Positions 9,008 through 18,289 are shown, counted from the stretch's first letter. The stretch: DNA of 64,000 nt from an uncultured Pseudoxanthomonas sp. (GCA_965650035.1 CBFGMR010000010.1:2593-66592), one strand, 5' to 3'. Notes: generated from the sequence alone by a model not told the origin. Numbers and translations are program-made.

Positions 9008-10897
9008 TCAGATGCCCATCGTGCGCCGCTGCTCGCTTTCCTGCTGTGCTTGCGGCTGATTCTGCGTTTCCTGCTGCACTTGCGCCGTGCTTTTTTCGAT
9101 CGGCTCGGCGGTGGCCTGTGCCTTGTCCATATAGACACGGCGGTTGGCCGGATCACCGGGTTCGCCTTGCACCAGGAATACGCCGCTGCCGTTGGTGTTG
9201 GGCAGCACATGGTCGATCCGGGTCAGGCCGCTGGCCTTGGCTTCGAACACGCCGGCCGCCGCTGCGTTCTCCAGATCCTGTCGGCTCTTGAACGCCTGCG
9301 GGCCGAGTTGTTCCATGCCCTTGACCGTCTGTTGGAACAGCGCATTGTCCGGATGGCGCGTATCGGAAAGCAGCGGCGCTTCCCGGGATTTCTTCAACGC
9401 TTCCAGAGTCTGGGGTCCGACCAAGCCATCGGCCTTCAAGCCATGGGCTTGCTGGTAAGCCTGCAAGGATTCCTTGGTACGGTCGCCGAAACTGCCGTCT
9501 TCCTTCAGCGGACGGCCTTCCTTGTCGCGATAGCCGTAGCTGTTCAAGGTGTCTTGCAGTTTGCGGATTTCGTCGTTCTTTTCGTCGTGCTTCACCGCAC
9601 CGTCGGCTTGCTGCGGTTGCGGCTTCGTTTGTCCTTGCGTCTGTGTCTGGTGTTGCGTTTGCTGCTTGTCCTGCAGCAGCGTCCGCGCCTCGGCCAGCGG
9701 GTCCGTTGCGTAGAGCTTTACTCCATTGGCCTGCTTTCGCTCCAGGTACCTGTCCAGCGAACTCAATTCCACGCCTTCGCCACCGCGCGACTGGCTGATC
9801 ATCAGCTCGCCGCTCTTGGGATCCTTCACCACCATGGTGATGTGATCGATGCCTTTGTAGCGGCCACCGTCCCACTTGGTGGGGCCGTTGTCCTCGCCGA
9901 TGATCATGCCTTCCTTCAGCACGTCGCGGGTGACCGCCTTGCCTTCGATCATCACCCCAGAGCGCGCTTGCGCTTTATCGACGATCATCGCTGCGCCGTC
10001 GGTACCGGGTTTGAACAGCTCTCCTTTGTCGAACACCACACGACCGGCCTTCGCGTTTATCTCGGCCATCGTCGCATTCTGCATGGTCGTCACCCAGCCC
10101 GAGCAATCCACATAGCCCTGATCCGGGTGCTTGCCGTCGACGCCCGGGTATTTTCCGCTCATGGCGTACTTCACATGATCGTATTTCACGCTCAGGTCGT
10201 GGGCGGCGGTCAGCGCGATTCCTGTTGCCGGGGCAGTCTGCGTAGGCGTGGTCTGCGTCGGTGTGCTCTGAACCGGAGTGCTCTGGCGCGCATCGGTCGT
10301 CGGCTCTATCCCCTTTTCCGGAATGCGTACCCGATCGAACTTCGTATCCCAGTACTGCGTGAACGTCGTCGCCATGTCGCGATCCGACATGGTTCTGAAA
10401 TCGGCGTATTTCTGGCCCGTCACCGCTTCGAAATCGCGGGAACTGACGTTGTTGAGAATCTTGCTGCGCGTATCTTGACGGCCGAACTCGCCTGTAGCGA
10501 TGGCAGTCTGTACGGATCTATAACCCGCCGCGCCCTGCTGGTGCGCCAGGTACATATCCAAACCATCGGGTTCGGGCTTGCCTGACAAGTAGGGGCGACC
10601 ATCGTTCGCATGTCGATTGACCAATGCGTTTCGATTATCCAGGTACAAGCGGGCTGCCGCATCGGTGTTGACCACGGCATCCAATTCACGGCCGCGGATG
10701 CCATATTGATCCGCCGTGTCCGGAACGAACTGGAATAACCCCTTGGCCCCATGTGTCCCACGCGAGACCTGTTCGTCGAACGTACCTCCGGTCTCTATAT
10801 AGGCGAACCGCATGAAATCGTCGCGCGGGATGTTCCTTTCCTGCGCTTCCCGTTCGATGATGTCCAGTACTTCCTTCTTGCTGTAATCCTGCGCCAT
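9008..10897 (-). CDS. T4SS effector: lytic transglycosylase + NlpC/P60-like peptidase + PG-binding + XVIPCD
   Basis: SLT motifs IETGG, GLFQF, YLAHQQG; DCSG...IDHIT; PG-binding DG.FG..T...L.AYQ..HGL.ADG.VGPQT; XVIPCD LSDTRHPDNALF...GVFLVQG; no signal peptide. Confidence 0.88.
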   Translation of the reverse strand: MAQDYSKKEVLDIIEREAQERNIPRDDFMRFAYIETGGTFDEQVSRGTHGAKGLFQFVPDTADQYGIRGRELDAVVNTDAAARLYLDNRNALVNRHANDGRPYLSGKPEPDGLDMYLAHQQGAAGYRSVQTAIATGEFGRQDTRSKILNNVSSRDFEAVTGQKYADFRTMSDRDMATTFTQYWDTKFDRVRIPEKGIEPTTDARQSTPVQSTPTQTTPTQTAPATGIALTAAHDLSVKYDHVKYAMSGKYPGVDGKHPDQGYVDCSGWVTTMQNATMAEINAKAGRVVFDKGELFKPGTDGAAMIVDKAQARSGVMIEGKAVTRDVLKEGMIIGEDNGPTKWDGGRYKGIDHITMVVKDPKSGELMISQSRGGEGVELSSLDRYLERKQANGVKLYATDPLAEARTLLQDKQQTQHQTQTQGQTKPQPQQADGAVKHDEKNDEIRKLQDTLNSYGYRDKEGRPLKEDGSFGDRTKESLQAYQQAHGLKADGLVGPQTLEALKKSREAPLLSDTRHPDNALFQQTVKGMEQLGPQAFKSRQDLENAAAAGVFEAKASGLTRIDHVLPNTNGSGVFLVQGEPGDPANRRVYMDKAQATAEPIEKSTAQVQQETQNQPQAQQESEQRRTMGI

Positions 10898-11009
10898 GCT
10901 TGGCTCTCCTTTTTCAGGTTGATTTGCGGCACGAATTGCCGCGATGCGTCAACCGGATCCGTCCCTGGATCCTATGCAGTCAGTCAACAGTTGCTCTGCT
11001 TCTTGGGTC

Positions 11010-11915
11010 TTACTGGTACTGCTTCTTCTCCGGATCGTAACGATACTCATAGGTATCGCCAGAACCCAGTGTCCGCACCTTTCCAGCGGAAACAGTCTCC
11101 GTTCCACTGCGCTGCACTTTCAACAAGGGGAGGTTGCTTCCTTCTCGCGGTTCGAAGCTCAGCGTTCCGGTACTCTTCGCGCAGGCCTGCTTCGCACCTG
11201 GTGTTTCATCGCAGGCGGCACCGTTGTCGGTACCAATCACGATGTTCCCGAGGTAGTCCCAACGCTTTTCGTCTATCTTCAACTCGTGTGGATTGAACAA
11301 AAGCAGGTCGAATGTATTGACCTGAACGCCCGTAGCCAGATACCAGGTCGGCAGAGCTAGCAGAAGCTTGCCATCGGGGGTTCGGAAGGTCTGCGGTTTA
11401 CGCGTCTCGTCGATCTCGTTGCCTTTCTCGTACGCCCCAAACTCACCAACATCACGATCCGAGCCCTGGAAAGTCCAGGGATTTTCGGTCCCCGGCGCAG
11501 TCAGCACGAATGTGGATTGAGTAATGGTCGCTTTCGTCTCTGGCGCCGGGTCGCTTTCCTTTTCGGCTTTGCTGAACTTGAACGGCGTGTCGTAAGCGAA
11601 GCCGGTGTAGTACTGCTTACCGTCCAATTCGAACCGATAACCGTACCAGTACGTCGTCCAGCTGCCGTTTTCGACTTCATACGACAGGGCGCCATCGCCG
11701 TCTTTCTGATAGATGAAATACAGCACGCTGCTGGCCGACGGCGGCTGGACTTCGGCTACTTTCTGGGATTCGTTGTTCATGACTGGGACTTCCTTATCGG
11801 TCGGCTGGACGGGGGGATTGACTGCCTTCCCGGGGGCGTTCTCGGGCGTCTTAGCGTTACAGGCGCCTATCAGCAGCACCATCAGCATAAGGAGAAGTTT
11901 TCTTCCGTGTTTCAT
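11010..11915 (-). CDS. Lipoprotein, putative cognate immunity protein
   Basis: MKHGRKLLLMLMVLLIGAC lipobox; directly upstream of effector; beta-rich mature domain of unrecognised family. Confidence 0.75.
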   Translation of the reverse strand: MKHGRKLLLMLMVLLIGACNAKTPENAPGKAVNPPVQPTDKEVPVMNNESQKVAEVQPPSASSVLYFIYQKDGDGALSYEVENGSWTTYWYGYRFELDGKQYYTGFAYDTPFKFSKAEKESDPAPETKATITQSTFVLTAPGTENPWTFQGSDRDVGEFGAYEKGNEIDETRKPQTFRTPDGKLLLALPTWYLATGVQVNTFDLLLFNPHELKIDEKRWDYLGNIVIGTDNGAACDETPGAKQACAKSTGTLSFEPREGSNLPLLKVQRSGTETVSAGKVRTLGSGDTYEYRYDPEKKQYQ

Positions 11916-12048
11916 TGTAATTCCGACTCCATAGTTGGCATCAGTGTTTCCAGAATTTTGAGGGAAAACACTGGGTGACGCCCCTGCAGATATGTACAAG
12001 AATGCGGCCGCAACGCGCTTCCGCCGCTTCAATACAGACCAATTCGCC

Positions 12049-12669
12049 CTATCGATTGCGGACGGGCACGTCGAAAGGAGGGGCATAATATTCCAGCTTT
12101 ACCAAGGGCATGGTACCTGCCGCATCCCGATAAGGTTTTCCTGTGAAGGTCTTCTCATAAACGCATCGGACCCCTTGCTTTTTGCAGGAGGCGAGAACGT
12201 CATTTTTTGCCTTTCTCGGCGTCGCACCCCAACCAGACCATAGTGTTCCGTCCGATGCACGCGCGATCGCAATCGATGAATTGCTACCAGCTTTTGCAAT
12301 AGTACAGCCTTCACTCATCGCTACTGCACAGAGCCTCAACGCCCCTTCTTTCGCCTCTTCCTCAGAACGAGCATTCCATATCGCCCAGACATCGGAAGCA
12401 TCGGGATGCCACGCCACGGCAACATAATTGCTCGCCCAATAATAGTTATATTGCTGAGTTCGGGGGCCAGATTGTTGTGGTTCAGGCTCATCAACGTGTA
12501 TGCAAACGGGAATTGAGACCAGCCCGCTATTGCCTCCTCCGGTCATACCAACCTGCTGCTCTCCCGGACCAGCTCCGGCCGGACAAAGATAGTTTTGTGC
12601 CGACGCCGATTCTGAGGCCAAACCCATCGCCAACATGGCCAAAATAATTCCAATCCCAAAACGCAGCAT
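12049..12669 (-). CDS. DUF4189 protein (X-T4SS immunity-like)
   Basis: Signal peptide; YVAVAW...EEEAKEGALRLC...C...SIAIA...AK..VLASC..C repeat pattern. Confidence 0.8.
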   Translation of the reverse strand: MLRFGIGIILAMLAMGLASESASAQNYLCPAGAGPGEQQVGMTGGGNSGLVSIPVCIHVDEPEPQQSGPRTQQYNYYWASNYVAVAWHPDASDVWAIWNARSEEEAKEGALRLCAVAMSEGCTIAKAGSNSSIAIARASDGTLWSGWGATPRKAKNDVLASCKKQGVRCVYEKTFTGKPYRDAAGTMPLVKLEYYAPPFDVPVRNR

Positions 12670-12684
12670 GCCTATCCTCCTTGG

Positions 12685-13968
12685 CTAAATCGACATCGAA
12701 CGTCGTTGTTCGCGCTCTTGTTGCTGGGTATGTACTGCAGTCGCTGCCTCTTGCTGCGTCTGCGCTGTACTTTTTTCGATAGGCTCTGCCGCCGCTTGCG
12801 CCTTGTCCAGGTGGACGCGATGATGGGCGGGATCGTTGGGTGCGCCCTGCACTGCGAACAGACCTGTGCCGTTAGTGCTCTGCAGGACATGATCGATCCG
12901 CGTCAGACCGCTGGCCTTGGCTTCGAACACCGTCGCGCCTGCTGCGTTCTCCAGTTCCTGTCGATTCTTGAATGCTTGGGGGCCAAGTTGTTCCAGGCCT
13001 TTGACTGCCTGTTGGAACAACGCGCTGTCCGGATGGCGCGGATCGGAAAGAAGAGGGGCGGCTTGTGATTTCTTCAGCGCTTCCAAAGTCTGCGGACCCA
13101 CTACGCCATCGGCCTTCAGTCCGTGCGCTTTCTGATAGGCCTGCACCGCTTCCTTGGTGCGGTCACCAAAGCCACCATCCTCACGTAGCGCGCGGCCGTC
13201 CTTGTCGTGGTAGCCGTAGTTGTTCAGGGTGTCTTGTAGCTTGCGGATATCTTCACTTTTTTCGCCATGCTTTAACATCCCATCGGACATAGAGCCGGGC
13301 TGCGTCGATGGGTTCTTCGTCTGGTTGCTATGTTGCGCATCTTTCACAACGGTCAAGTCGTTTGCCAATGCAACCAAATCAGCTTTCTCGTTCTTGGCTC
13401 GCTCCAACAACCCTGGCCAGAGGCTGGGCGATTTACTAAACAGCTGACTGTTGTGAGCGATTTTGTAGTCCTGCACAGCTTCAACAATATCCTTGTCGGA
13501 CAGCTGGGACAGCTCGTAATTCTTTCCGAACTTTTCCTCTAACCCTTTTGAGAAAATGCCCGGCGTCAGATTTCTGAATTGAACCGAGGTGCTCCACAGC
13601 GCGTCCTGCACTGCTGGGCCTCGACCGGAAAGATCCAGTCCCCTGGCGGTCAATTTGTCGTTTTGGATATCGAAATGAGTAGCTTTGATGAATTCATGCT
13701 GGTCTTTGGCGAAACCAGGATCAGTTTTTGCAAGATCGCGCCATTTGGCATCGAACGCAGGAGTTGCGGGGGTTAGATCTTTGAACTGGTCCTTGTAGGG
13801 CGACTGATCCAAATATTCTTGCAACGTCCCCATTTTTGTGGAGAGCTGATAGGAACCATAGGAAACCCCGCCGCGGTCACCTCTTCCTGTAGAGATCGTC
13901 GCCGCCCCACGACCACCGGTTTCATACTTGGTTGAAGTCTGACCAAGATTCCAATCTTCGTTCGCCAT
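12685..13968 (-). CDS. T4SS effector: VgrG3-like muramidase domain + PG-binding + XVIPCD
   Basis: TSTKYETGGRGAATISTGRGDRGGVSYGSYQL resembles the VgrG3 C-terminal lysozyme-like domain; PG-binding and XVIPCD (LSDPRHPDSALF...GLFAVQG); GGAGG RBS before ATG 13968. Confidence 0.85.
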   Translation of the reverse strand: MANEDWNLGQTSTKYETGGRGAATISTGRGDRGGVSYGSYQLSTKMGTLQEYLDQSPYKDQFKDLTPATPAFDAKWRDLAKTDPGFAKDQHEFIKATHFDIQNDKLTARGLDLSGRGPAVQDALWSTSVQFRNLTPGIFSKGLEEKFGKNYELSQLSDKDIVEAVQDYKIAHNSQLFSKSPSLWPGLLERAKNEKADLVALANDLTVVKDAQHSNQTKNPSTQPGSMSDGMLKHGEKSEDIRKLQDTLNNYGYHDKDGRALREDGGFGDRTKEAVQAYQKAHGLKADGVVGPQTLEALKKSQAAPLLSDPRHPDSALFQQAVKGLEQLGPQAFKNRQELENAAGATVFEAKASGLTRIDHVLQSTNGTGLFAVQGAPNDPAHHRVHLDKAQAAAEPIEKSTAQTQQEAATAVHTQQQEREQRRSMSI

Positions 13969-14037
13969 CGCCACGTCCTCCATTACATGTCAATAAAGTC
14001 GCAAATCACGTGCTCTTTCTGAGCATAGCGCCAGCAG

Positions 14038-14538
14038 TCAACCCGCCATTGCTTCCAGCTCTTCCGCGCGTTTCGCGGTCATTTCCAAGAAGCAATCGTT
14101 CGCTTCAATTCGTTGTCCTTGTCCTTCTTCACTGGCGTCCCACCCGCATTTCGAATCTCGTTCCGCAAGCCATAGCTTTTGGCTTGATTCCAGCTCGATC
14201 TTCTTGCTTCCTTCTGATGCTTCCAGTAAGCGACGATATACGCCATTCAAGCGTGAATCCTGATATTCGAATTCCTCTTCTATGCACGCCTGCATCTCCG
14301 GTACAACACCTCCTGATGCCTTAATGCACTCGCCATATGAACTGCGCAACATGGAAACGTCTCCACTTGAGGGTTGATCGTGCTGGGTGTCTTTCGGAGC
14401 TGACTCGACGGCAGATTGTTGCATAGCAGCAGCGGAAGGGCTGGCGGCAAGCTCAGGGACGCTCTCGGGCGTCTTCGCATTACAAGCGCCGATCAGCATC
14501 AAGATCGGCACAATGAGAAACTTTCTTCCATGTTCCAT
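14038..14538 (-). CDS. LprI-family (DUF1311) lysozyme-inhibitor lipoprotein, putative immunity
   Basis: Lipobox LIGAC; MQAC...QDSRLNGVYRRL...SQKLWLAERDSKC...C pattern. Confidence 0.85.
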   Translation of the reverse strand: MEHGRKFLIVPILMLIGACNAKTPESVPELAASPSAAAMQQSAVESAPKDTQHDQPSSGDVSMLRSSYGECIKASGGVVPEMQACIEEEFEYQDSRLNGVYRRLLEASEGSKKIELESSQKLWLAERDSKCGWDASEEGQGQRIEANDCFLEMTAKRAEELEAMAG

Positions 14539-14564
14539 GGTGACCTCAATCCTCCATGCTGCTT

Positions 14565-15098
14565 CTAGAATTTCTTGAAATTAGGTTTAGTGCAATCCGA
14601 GTAAACAATTCGACAGTTAGCGCCGGCGCGTGAATTGCACTCCGAAAGAGCTAGTTGACTGGCGACTTCAATCGTCGGTCCGCTCTGCGTGGTCACGCTA
14701 GCTCCCACCACCGAAGGCCAAGCCACTACTCCACATTGGTTGTGGTATGACGTGACTTCACACTGTTTTGCACCATGCTTTGCGCAAAGTCTGGCTGCCT
14801 CACGCTTGGCTTCACGCTCAGTTCTCTTGCCCACTGCTGTTCCCATGTCTCCAACTACCGGGTCGACTGCAATTGCACCCCATGTAGTTTCCCACTTGCC
14901 TAGTGGTTTCGGAGAGCTTGGATTGGTTTGAGCCTGACTGCCATCTGTCCCTTGTTCAGCAGGTTCTCTTATACATCTGGGGTCATTCCAAGCCGCGCCT
15001 ACCGGACAAGTGTATTTTGTGTCTCCGACTACATACTGAGCAAACGCGCTATCGGCAACAAGCAACAAGCATATAGTCAACGCAGCCTTCCATTTCAT
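14565..15098 (-). CDS. DUF4189 protein (X-T4SS immunity-like)
   Basis: Signal peptide; WGAIA, AKREAARLC, C, NQCGVVAW, CRIVYSDC motifs. Confidence 0.88.
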   Translation of the reverse strand: MKWKAALTICLLLVADSAFAQYVVGDTKYTCPVGAAWNDPRCIREPAEQGTDGSQAQTNPSSPKPLGKWETTWGAIAVDPVVGDMGTAVGKRTEREAKREAARLCAKHGAKQCEVTSYHNQCGVVAWPSVVGASVTTQSGPTIEVASQLALSECNSRAGANCRIVYSDCTKPNFKKF

Positions 15099-15167
15099 AA
15101 CATCTCCTCCACATCTTTACTGTTAAACACTTGTCAACTTATCAGTGGACTTTAGAATTCGGCCTCA

Positions 15168-15449
15168 TTATCGGAAACTCTCGAAAACTGGTTTACTACA
15201 TTTGGAATAGACAATTTTGCATGCGCCTCCGCTACTCCGGGCACATTTTTGCAAGGCCGAATCATTGGCAGCATCAGTTGAATGGCCACCATCGGCTGTT
15301 ACCTTGGCGCCAACTGACGATGGCCAATCCAATGCGCTGCATTGATTTGAGTACACGAGCAGAAGCTCGCACTCTTTTGCACCATGCAGCTTGCATCGTT
15401 CTTCAGCAAGGCGCTTCGCTTTATTTTTTTGCTGCTCTCCACTAGTAGC
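15168..15449 (-). pseudogene. 5'-truncated DUF4189 remnant, in frame after the stop of the upstream DUF4189 gene
   Basis: Manual translation from 15449: ATSGEQQKNKAKRLAEERCKLHGAKECELLLVYSNQCSALDWPSSVGAK...CKIVYSKCSKPVFESFR, no start, signal peptide or WGAIA strand. Confidence 0.7.
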
Positions 15450-15986
15450 TCAATCTTGTAGAACCGGCTTCGTACAATCGGAATATACGATCTCACATTC
15501 TCCACTTCCGCTCTTGGCGCCGCACGCAGAAAGCGCCAGTTTACTTGCCACCTCAATAGAGGGACCACTTTGCGTAATCGCCGCGCCACCAACAGCCTGC
15601 CCATTCTCTGACGCCCACGCAATAACCGCGCATTGATGCTTATATGCTAGTTGCAGATCACATTTAGCGCTTCCCAATGCCTCACACTTTGATACGGCCT
15701 CACGTGTAGCTTCACGTTTTGAGTATTTTCCGACCGATGTTCCCACATCGCCGCCGCCGCCTCGACTCATTGCTATTGCGCCCCACGTAAGCTTCCATTG
15801 ACGTGATGGCGGGTTTGGCAAAGTTTCCATGTTCGCTCCCTCGCCAATAGGTTGCCGAGTACATCTTGGATCATTCCAATTCGTACCGACTGGACATGTG
15901 TAGTGGTATCCACCTATGTCGTATTGTGCGATTGCATTTCCACTAATCGCGAGCAGGAAAATGAGTACGAATAGCTTCACGTTCAT
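15450..15986 (-). CDS. DUF4189 protein (X-T4SS immunity-like), first gene after virB6
   Basis: Signal peptide MNVKLFVLIFLLAISGNAIA; WGAIA, HQCAVIAW, CEIVYSDC; start may extend to 16037. Confidence 0.88.
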   Translation of the reverse strand: MNVKLFVLIFLLAISGNAIAQYDIGGYHYTCPVGTNWNDPRCTRQPIGEGANMETLPNPPSRQWKLTWGAIAMSRGGGGDVGTSVGKYSKREATREAVSKCEALGSAKCDLQLAYKHQCAVIAWASENGQAVGGAAITQSGPSIEVASKLALSACGAKSGSGECEIVYSDCTKPVLQD

Positions 15987-16076
15987 ATGAACCTCTGTCG
16001 CTCCTATTAGCGTAAGCAGCTTGATTTTATATTTCACAACCCACGCTGACTGGATCTCATCTCAGGGAGATCACAA

Positions 16077-17228
16077 CTAAGAACTCGCGTCACTATTCTT
16101 GCTAGGGCCTTGAGCTGCCAATCCACGCTGCCCGACGGAGCCCTCTACTTGGGCTTGGCCAGCAATTCTTGGGCCAGAATTTGGCGTGTATGACGCAGTA
16201 GATGTCTGCGTTGTTGGCTGAGGCGGTGGCAGGTAACCGGGCTGACCAGGCTGTCTGCCGGATACATCGCGCATTCCACCCCCAGTCGCACCACCACTCA
16301 TACCAAATACCGATCCAGGCATGAAATGCCCCATCGTCCCCTGGAAGAACGCAGCCGCCATCGGCGGCGCACTGATGATCAGCATGGTGAGAATCAAACC
16401 CAGGCCGCCCTGCTGCATCGCGCGGCTGGTAATGCCCTCGGTGCCTGCACCGCCCATCAGGTCGCCCACCAGATCGCCGGCCCAGAACGAACCTGCAACT
16501 GCGATCACCATATCCATGGCCAGCGTCACCATCACACTCAATACCGCCAACGAGAACATCGTGCCGATGCCGTAGTAGAGCCACTTGCCGAACAACTGCT
16601 TGGTCTGCTCGAACAGCAGGCAGAGGATGAACAACGGCCCCAGGCCCACGAACAGCGCCATGGCGATCTTGTTCAGCAACAGCATGGTGCCGGCGGTGAC
16701 TGCCGGTCCGCCCGCGCCGATGCCGGTGAACCACATGGCCCGGTCTTTCTTGTCGTTGAGGATTTCGTCCCCGCCGACATCCAGCGAATCGATGCTGGTG
16801 AGCGCGATCTGCATCAGCGCCAGGCTTCTGTCGATACTGTCGTAAGGATCGTCGTCCTCGCCGGTAACGGTCTGGGTGATCACCGAACTCAAGCCTTCGG
16901 TCAACGTGTTGTAGATCGAAGTCGAACCGGCCGCCGCCCCAATGGCGATACCCACGATCAGCGAAGCGCGCAGCGAATTGGTGACCAGCGCCATCATCGA
17001 GTCGCGCGACTGCCCGGTCACGATGCGGTAACCCTGGATCAGCACCCAGATAGTCAAAAGAGAGAGGGCGGCAAACCCAAGGATGCCTGCCGTTCGCTCC
17101 AGCAGGTTGCCCATGAACTCGCCGATTTCATCGCGCAAGAATTCGTTGATCTGCTGGAAGAAGACCATGTTGCTGGCTTCTGTCCCGAGACCCTGCGCTT
17201 TCTGCACCCCTGCCAACAGATCTTGCAT
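16077..17228 (-). CDS. virB6: T4SS inner-membrane protein VirB6
   Basis: Polytopic; KIAMALFVGLGPLFILCLLFEQTKQLFGKW motif; low-complexity C-tail; start uncertain (17168-17267). Confidence 0.9.
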   Translation of the reverse strand: MQDLLAGVQKAQGLGTEASNMVFFQQINEFLRDEIGEFMGNLLERTAGILGFAALSLLTIWVLIQGYRIVTGQSRDSMMALVTNSLRASLIVGIAIGAAAGSTSIYNTLTEGLSSVITQTVTGEDDDPYDSIDRSLALMQIALTSIDSLDVGGDEILNDKKDRAMWFTGIGAGGPAVTAGTMLLLNKIAMALFVGLGPLFILCLLFEQTKQLFGKWLYYGIGTMFSLAVLSVMVTLAMDMVIAVAGSFWAGDLVGDLMGGAGTEGITSRAMQQGGLGLILTMLIISAPPMAAAFFQGTMGHFMPGSVFGMSGGATGGGMRDVSGRQPGQPGYLPPPQPTTQTSTASYTPNSGPRIAGQAQVEGSVGQRGLAAQGPSKNSDASS

Positions 17229-17350
17229 CGTGCCCACTGTATTGCCCCTATAGATTCCGTCCCACACACAGGCAGATATCTGCCTGCGGTTCCAACAATA
17301 CCCAGTCCAACCGACTTTTCATCTCGCATTTCGTTATTGCCGGAACGCCA

Positions 17351-17378
17351 GACAGCCCGCAATACGATGCGGGCTGTC
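17351..17378. other. GC-rich hairpin between virB5 and virB6
   Basis: Perfect 11-bp stem GACAGCCCGCA/TGCGGGCTGTC, 6-nt loop, no clear U tract. Confidence 0.6.
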
Positions 17379-17402
17379 CGGTCTTACATAAACGCAGATG
17401 CT

Positions 17403-18179
17403 TTAACGATCACGTTTGCGGGCGACATCAAGCGCCAGGCCCAAGCTTGCGCCACGTACCAGACCCGCCACCAGAGTGCCGTCCTTTTTGCGGCCTTCCA
17501 AGGCCTCGTCCGTACTTCTGGCTTGTTCTTGCTGCAAGGAAACAACTACGCTTTGATAGGCATCCAGCGTGGTTTTCGCATTCTGCATATCCAGCTGTGT
17601 GCGAGCCTGGAGAGATGCGATCTTGTTGGTGTTGTCCTGCAGCCTGCCGGGCTCGTCCTTTCTGATGCCTGCGCGCTCGGCGTAGATCGCCTCCAGCTCC
17701 TTGGTGCGCTTTTCTTCCAGTTCAAGCACATCGACCAACTGGTTGTACTGGTCGTTCTGGTAACGGACGATGCTCTTGCAGATGGCACGTTGACCTGGGA
17801 CGGGTGCCTTCTTCACTTCCGGGCAAGCGCTCTCCTCATTCAAATGACGGTCGCGCCGCGCCGGCAGTTCCGCCTTCTTCCCGGGCTTGCCGTTGTAGCC
17901 GCCGGTAGCGCCGATCTGAAGCTGACGCATCTGCTCAAGCTGTGCGTCGTACTGCTCCTTCAGCTTGTCGTACTGCTCCTTCAACTTCGTGAGCTGGTCC
18001 ACCTGCTCGCTGTAGTCGGCCAGCCAGCCCAACTTCGTCAAGAGCGTATGCGGTAGATCCACCACCGGCATTGCACTGGCCGCGCCGACCGCCAGTCCGC
18101 AGCCAAGCACCAGCCCGCTGGCGAAGTTGACGTACCTGGATTTCGCTTGCTTGGAACCTGCTGCTTTCTTCACGTTCAT
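17403..18179 (-). CDS. virB5: T4SS minor pilin VirB5 (Xanthomonadales type)
   Basis: Position between virB4 and virB6; signal then MPVVD; coiled coil; Cys pair. Confidence 0.8.
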   Translation of the reverse strand: MNVKKAAGSKQAKSRYVNFASGLVLGCGLAVGAASAMPVVDLPHTLLTKLGWLADYSEQVDQLTKLKEQYDKLKEQYDAQLEQMRQLQIGATGGYNGKPGKKAELPARRDRHLNEESACPEVKKAPVPGQRAICKSIVRYQNDQYNQLVDVLELEEKRTKELEAIYAERAGIRKDEPGRLQDNTNKIASLQARTQLDMQNAKTTLDAYQSVVVSLQQEQARSTDEALEGRKKDGTLVAGLVRGASLGLALDVARKRDR

Positions 18180-18289
18180 TCCTCACCTCCGTTATGAGCT
18201 GGTACCACCCTGACAATTACACCCCGGCCTGAACCGGGCCGTACAACCTGTTCGACAACCTCGTCACGATCCATATGCACCACCTGTTC

